A DNA stretch of 64,000 nt. Source: Longimicrobiales bacterium (GTDB lineage Bacteria; Gemmatimonadota; Gemmatimonadetes; Longimicrobiales; Gaopeijiaceae). Shown piece after piece: positions 59,370 to 64,000 of this stretch. The translations under genes were made by a program, and so were the position numbers. The stretch lies in assembly GCA_041690395.1 (NCBI GenBank), contig JAWLHJ010000003.1, positions 608,001 to 672,000 on the forward strand, given 5' to 3'. Numbering within the stretch: the first letter of the stretch is position 1; the number at the start of each line of letters is the position of its first letter. The notes beneath the pieces were generated by a model. The model was not told where the DNA came from and ran no database searches. It worked only from the letters and a program-made list of their open reading frames with translations.

Positions 59370-61085
59370 TCAGCGGCCCGACAGGATCGCTTCGACGAGA
59401 TCTTCCGACGCCTCGGACGCGTAACTCCCGTGAGGTCGTGGATACCGGTCCAGCCCCTCCCGGAAGCACCGGTGGTAGGTCCGTCCCGACCGGAGCGTCA
59501 TCGGTCCGCTCTCCGGACGCCAGGTCGCACCCTCCGGCACGTCGGCTTCGGGCATCCGGATGCCGAACCGCTCCCGCGTTTCAGCCTCGGTCCGCGAGAC
59601 CAGCGCCTCCCCGAGGTCGATCGCGTCGAGGAGCCGCCGCTCGGTATAGACCGTCAGGGTGTCCCGCGCGCCGTCCGGGTCGCCCGCCTCGTAGCGCGCT
59701 CCGGCCTCACGCTCGAGCCCGGCCTGCTCGGCCACGAGGCGTGTCTCGAACGCCTCGAGGTCCGCGGTGACGGGCCGGAGGAAGGCTCCGGGCTGCTCGC
59801 ACGCGTGGTAGAGGAGCCGCTTGTGGACCCGGAACGCCGAGCGCGTCGCTTCGAGCGGAGCGAAGTCCGCGTCGAGGAAGGCGTCGTCGGCGTCCTTGGT
59901 CATGTAGCGGTGCTGCTTGTACTCCGGTGGCACGTCCCGGACGCCCAGCCGCACCGGCACAAACGGACTCGCCACCGAACCGGTGATGGACATCCAGAGC
60001 GGGACGAGCTCCGGATGCACGCCGGGCCTCAGGTGCGCCACCTGGCCGTAGCCCGAGCCGTCGTTCGACCACCGCGGATCGCGGACGAGCGCCATCATGT
60101 CCGCCACCGACACCGGAGCCATCCCCCGAACCTCTTCTTCGAGGAGAGGCGGATACCGGAACAGGTTGTGCGGATCGTCCTGGGAGGGATCGCTCGGGAA
60201 GGTGCGGCCGTAGACACGGTGCAGGTTGAAGGGCTCGTCTCCGTCCGGATCCCACCACCCCTGCTCGACGGCGAAGGAGACGAGGTTCTCCGAGCCCATG
60301 TGGTCGGGTGAGCGCTCGAAATCGACCGGGAAGTCGCCGATGTAGCCCGGATACGATACGCGCACGTCGTCCGGCCCGAGCCGCTCGGCGGCCCAGAGCC
60401 CCTGCCCTCCGGCGTAGTCGATGAGCACCCACCCCTCCTCGGCGTCGGCGAAGAGATGCGAGTTGCCGCCGTACGTGGCGTAGCCGTGCCCGTCGATGAG
60501 CCGCCCCACGATCTCCACGGCCTCGCGGGCGCTGCCGGCCCGCTCCATGACGATGCGGGACAGGTCGCTGTAGTTGAGCCCCCGCTGCGGGACGGGCGTC
60601 ATCTCCACCAGCTCCGGGCGCGACGGCGACCAGACGTCCCGGGCCGCCAGGCCGCGCTCGTTCAACCCTCCGTTCGTGAGCGGCGGCGGAAAGCCCGCGA
60701 ACTCCGAATAGTTGGTCGTGATGAAGCGGAGCGTCTCCGTGACCTGGGGAATCCGGAAGCGTTCCCCGGGGATGCGCGCCTCCTCCGTGATGCCGACCTC
60801 CATGGTCGTGCCGGGCGGGAACGTGCGCGCGGGCGTGATCTCGTACCAATGGCTCGACGGCTCGTGACCGAAGCCGCCGAGCAGCACGGAGCCGTCTTCG
60901 GTGAGGTTCCGGCCCACGTAGAAGGCGATGCTCTTGGCGGGCATGGCCTCGCTCGGGCTTCGGGCCTCGGGCCCGGATACCGGCGCGGGTGATGGGGTCC
61001 GTACGGGGATCAGGAACAGGCAGGCCGCCAGAAAGGACGCCACTCCAGCGGTTCGTAGGGGGCGTCCGGAGAGCGGAGAGAGCAT
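59370..61085 (-). CDS. Secreted C69 family dipeptidase-like (Ntn-fold) protein
   Basis: SIAFYVGRNLTEDGSVL, NGGLNE, AREAVEIVG, ADAEEGW. Confidence 0.75.
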   Translation of the reverse strand: MLSPLSGRPLRTAGVASFLAACLFLIPVRTPSPAPVSGPEARSPSEAMPAKSIAFYVGRNLTEDGSVLLGGFGHEPSSHWYEITPARTFPPGTTMEVGITEEARIPGERFRIPQVTETLRFITTNYSEFAGFPPPLTNGGLNERGLAARDVWSPSRPELVEMTPVPQRGLNYSDLSRIVMERAGSAREAVEIVGRLIDGHGYATYGGNSHLFADAEEGWVLIDYAGGQGLWAAERLGPDDVRVSYPGYIGDFPVDFERSPDHMGSENLVSFAVEQGWWDPDGDEPFNLHRVYGRTFPSDPSQDDPHNLFRYPPLLEEEVRGMAPVSVADMMALVRDPRWSNDGSGYGQVAHLRPGVHPELVPLWMSITGSVASPFVPVRLGVRDVPPEYKQHRYMTKDADDAFLDADFAPLEATRSAFRVHKRLLYHACEQPGAFLRPVTADLEAFETRLVAEQAGLEREAGARYEAGDPDGARDTLTVYTERRLLDAIDLGEALVSRTEAETRERFGIRMPEADVPEGATWRPESGPMTLRSGRTYHRCFREGLDRYPRPHGSYASEASEDLVEAILSGR

Positions 61086-61178
61086 GGATGCGCTCCTCGT
61101 TGTAGCAGGCGAACGAGCGGTCGAAGCGCCTGCAAAGTAAGCGCGAATCCGGTGTCGCGCTCGCCGTCCGGAACCTCG

Positions 61179-61213
61179 TTGCACACCCCTCATCTTCGGT
61201 TTATGTTCGGTTT
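61179..61213 (+). promoter_or_regulatory. sigma70 promoter overlapped by a LexA-like direct repeat
   Basis: TTGCAC-17nt-TATGTT; CTTC-N7-GTTC, with TTCGGTTT repeated at an 11-nt period. Confidence 0.6.
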
Positions 61214-61258
61214 CCTGCCGCAGTCGCCGGCCCCGTCACAGGAGCGTCCCACACCGCC

Positions 61259-62638
61259 ATGTCGCAGTCCCGCGCGAGTGCCGAACATGTTCCCACCCAC
61301 CTGAACGGGCGGGGGTGGGCTCAGATTACGTCCCATCCCCCCACCCCCTTCCAACCCGCTTCCCCCCGGCCCGCCTCCCCCGGCAACCGCACGGCTCTTT
61401 GCCTCTGGCTTCCCACCTTCGAGCTCCGGCTCGAGCTCGTCCGCTCCCCGGAGCTCGACCGCACCTCCGTCGCGCTCCTCTCCGAGGGCGAGCACACGCA
61501 ACGGACCGTCTGGCAGGTCTCGGCACGAGCCCACGAAGCCGGAGTCCGGCCCGGCCAGCGCGTGTCCCAGGCCGTCTCGCTCTGCCCTGCCCTGACGCTG
61601 CTCGAGCCCGATCCGGCCCACTACGACGCAGCCACGGACATCCTCCTGGAAACCCTGACCGAGGTCTCTCCGGTGATCGAGCCTGCGGGACGGGGACGGG
61701 TCTTCCTGGGGATGGACGGGCTGGACCGCCTCTTCGGCCCGCCCCGGCGTCAGATCGAGCGGACACTCGGCGCGCTCTTCGAGATCTTCCCCGCCCCGCT
61801 CGTGGCCGCGTTCCGCGCCGGGATGGCGCCGGGGCGCTTCGGTGCCTGGGTGGCCGCGACCCGCGCCGGGGGAGGCGAGCCGGTGATCGTGCCCGAGCAC
61901 GAGCTGAGCGTGTTCCTCGGGGGCTGTCCCGTCCGTGTCCTCCAGGTCGATCCGCGCATGATCGAGCGGCTCGAGCGCCTCGGCATCGACACACTCGCGG
62001 CGCTCCGGGAGCTGCCGGAGCCGTCCCTCGTCGCCCAGTTCGGGAAAACCGGTCGCGCCATCCACGCCTGGGCTTCCGGCCGGCGCATCGATCCGGTCCG
62101 GCCGTGGCACCGCCCCCGCCCGCTGCGCGCATCGCTCGCGTTCTCGAATCCGGTGGGCATGGTCGACACCCTGCACGGCGCGCTCGACCGGCTCGTGGAG
62201 CGCGCGCTCACCCGTCCCGCGCGCCGTGGCCGGAGCGTGACGGGCGTCCGACTCGGCGCCCATCTGGAAGGCGGGGGCTCCTGGGTCGTGGAGGCCACGC
62301 TCCGGGAGCCCACCACCGTCTGTGAGCGCATCGCCGCGCCCCTGCGCTCGAAGATGGCCATCGCCCCGCCGCCGAAGGCCGTCGACACGCTCTTCTTCGA
62401 GATCACCGACTTCGGCGCGCCCTCGGCCCAGGAGAGCCTCTTCGACCGGAAGGACGCCGGAAGCCGGGAGGGTGCCGGAAGCGGCCCCCTCCAGGGCGAC
62501 GTACCGCCGTCCCTCCGCGATGCCGTGAAGGAGCTCAAGCTCCGGCTCGGTGACTCGCCGCTCTACCGCGTGGTCGAGCTCGACCCCTGGTCGCGGATTC
62601 CCGAGCGCCGCCACGCCCTTCTGCGTTTCGACCCGTAG
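61259..62638 (+). CDS. ImuB-like inactive Y-family DNA polymerase
   Basis: LCLWLP, AGVRPGQRVSQAVSLCP, SPVIE, LERLGI, QFG; acidic catalytic motif not evident; start is uncertain. Confidence 0.8.
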   Translation: MSQSRASAEHVPTHLNGRGWAQITSHPPTPFQPASPRPASPGNRTALCLWLPTFELRLELVRSPELDRTSVALLSEGEHTQRTVWQVSARAHEAGVRPGQRVSQAVSLCPALTLLEPDPAHYDAATDILLETLTEVSPVIEPAGRGRVFLGMDGLDRLFGPPRRQIERTLGALFEIFPAPLVAAFRAGMAPGRFGAWVAATRAGGGEPVIVPEHELSVFLGGCPVRVLQVDPRMIERLERLGIDTLAALRELPEPSLVAQFGKTGRAIHAWASGRRIDPVRPWHRPRPLRASLAFSNPVGMVDTLHGALDRLVERALTRPARRGRSVTGVRLGAHLEGGGSWVVEATLREPTTVCERIAAPLRSKMAIAPPPKAVDTLFFEITDFGAPSAQESLFDRKDAGSREGAGSGPLQGDVPPSLRDAVKELKLRLGDSPLYRVVELDPWSRIPERRHALLRFDP

Positions 62639-62655
62639 ATCGCGATCTCACGCAC

Positions 62656-62922
62656 ATGCCCAGACGCCCCCAGCTCCGTCCCCTCGGCCAGCCGAAGCCC
62701 GTCCACGTCCGCACCGACACGCAGGGCGATCCCGAATTCGTGCGACTCCCCGGGAAAACCGCGCGTAAGGTGATCCAGGTCCGGGAGCGCTGGCGGATCG
62801 ACGACGAGTGGTGGCGCCGGCCGATCTCCCGCGCCTACTACGCGGTCGCCCTCGACGACGGCCGCGCGCTCACGCTGTACCACGACCTCGTGGAACACAC
62901 ATGGTATGCACAACGCGGCTGA
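62656..62922 (+). CDS. Small protein resembling the ImuB C-terminal / DUF6504-like domain
   Basis: ERWRIDDEWWRRPISRAYY...LYHD...W. Confidence 0.7.
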   Translation: MPRRPQLRPLGQPKPVHVRTDTQGDPEFVRLPGKTARKVIQVRERWRIDDEWWRRPISRAYYAVALDDGRALTLYHDLVEHTWYAQRG

Positions 62923-63016
62923 TGCCGTGGCGCGATGAGGCGTGCCGAGTGAGGGCTTGGATGCAAGCATCCGAGCGAAGCGCCCCGAACGAGGTACGCC
63001 TCATCGCGTCACGGCC

Positions 63017-63427
63017 TCACCCTACGTGCACTACGCATCGCCGCACGGACCCTCTCCGCCGGTGCTCCCACAGATAGATCCCCTGCCAGGTGCCGAGAGC
63101 GAGCCGGCCACCCTCGAACGGAATCGACAGGGTGGTCGCGGTGAGCGCGGCCCGGATGTGCGACGGCATGTCGTCCGGTCCTTCCGCCGTGTGCGTGAAG
63201 TGCGGATCGCCCTCGGGCACGTGTCGCTCGATCCAGTTTTCCAGGTCGCGGCGAGCCGACGGGTCGGCGTTCTCCTGGATCGTCAGGCTCGCGGAGGTGT
63301 GCCGGATCATCACCGTGCACAGCCCCTCGTCGAGACCGCTCCGGGCCACGCATGCCTGCACGACATCCGTGATCTCGTGGAGCCCCTTCCCACGGGTCCG
63401 CACCTCGACGTGCTCGATCACGCGCAC
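63017..63427 (-). CDS. yjbQ: YjbQ family protein
   Basis: HTSASLTIQENADP, EGPDDMPSHI, LGTWQGIYLWEHR. Confidence 0.93.
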   Translation of the reverse strand: MRVIEHVEVRTRGKGLHEITDVVQACVARSGLDEGLCTVMIRHTSASLTIQENADPSARRDLENWIERHVPEGDPHFTHTAEGPDDMPSHIRAALTATTLSIPFEGGRLALGTWQGIYLWEHRRRGSVRRCVVHVG

Positions 63428-63443
63428 CTCCCGCTCATTTCCC

Positions 63444-64000
63444 TCAATCCAGGAACAGGTCGGGCAGCAGGGGTTTGCCCGGCTCGACGGCATAGCGATC
63501 GAGGTCGGTGACCCCTTCCTCGCCCAGAACCTCGTCGTCGATGAAGAAGCGGCCGGTGGTCTCCCTCGCCGGTCGGGTGAGGATCGCATGCGCCGCGTCC
63601 GCCACGATCTCCGGGGTCCGGCACCGGCTCACGTCCACCCCCGGGAGCAGGTTGAGCGCGGCCGTATGGATGATGGTCCGCGGCCAGAGCGCGTTCACCG
63701 CGACGCCATCCTTCCGGAACTCCTCGGCCATCCCCAGCACGCACATCGACATGCCGTACTTCGACATGGTGTAGGCCAAATGCGCGGCGAACCAGCGGGG
63801 GTTCATGTCGAGGGGCGGGGCGAGGGTGAGGATGTGCGGGTCGTCCGCCTTCTTCAGGTGCGGCAGAGCGACCCGCGAACACAGGAACGTCCCCCGCGCG
63901 TTCACCTCGTGCATGAGATCGAAGCGCTTCATGGGGGTCTCGAGCGTCGGCGTCAGGCTGATGGCCGACGCGTTGTTCACCAGCACGTCGATGCCGCCGA
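63444..64000 (-). CDS. SDR oxidoreductase (HSDL2-like); 5' end outside the window
   Basis: LVNNASAI, YTMSKYGMS, NALWPRT. Confidence 0.88.
   Translation of the reverse strand, partial: GGIDVLVNNASAISLTPTLETPMKRFDLMHEVNARGTFLCSRVALPHLKKADDPHILTLAPPLDMNPRWFAAHLAYTMSKYGMSMCVLGMAEEFRKDGVAVNALWPRTIIHTAALNLLPGVDVSRCRTPEIVADAAHAILTRPARETTGRFFIDDEVLGEEGVTDLDRYAVEPGKPLLPDLFLD

Noticed and set aside
61282..61293. GAACATGTTC palindrome as a Gram-positive-type SOS box
   Set aside because: Spacing is GAAC-N2-GTTC rather than N4, and it lies downstream of the promoter within the probable CDS.

Overview
High-GC bacterial chromosome segment. Gene content and order suggest Gemmatimonadota (inference). Most of it is housekeeping, largely on the minus strand: rpiA-rpe, aroF, argRGH, moaDEA, carA, rnhA, lipB with a 2-oxoacid dehydrogenase E1a/E1b/E2, secG-tpiA-pgk-gap, aroE, ispD, dnaB, coaBC, rpoZ-gmk-yicC and pepA. 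No CRISPR array, IS element or prophage is evident. Five signals stand out. (1) A 25-aa Asn-rich leaderless leader peptide (8 Asn) with full 1:2/2:3/3:4 attenuator pairing lies directly upstream of a lone tRNA-Asn(GTT) gene, suggesting ribosome-mediated attenuation of a tRNA gene. (2) A second leader-peptide attenuator (GYWYY) precedes aroF, and a switch-like structured leader precedes argG. (3) A five-gene operon encodes a diheme-b-type membrane protein, a ferredoxin/flavin NAD(P)H oxidoreductase, 19- and 16-heme cytochromes c and an outer-membrane barrel. It has a sigma54 promoter and a perfect NtrC-type palindrome, and is a candidate cytoplasm-to-surface electron conduit. (4) The E1-alpha lacks its ThDP-binding and catalytic motifs. 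(5) A split imuB-like locus has a LexA-like direct repeat but no adjacent imuA or dnaE2.
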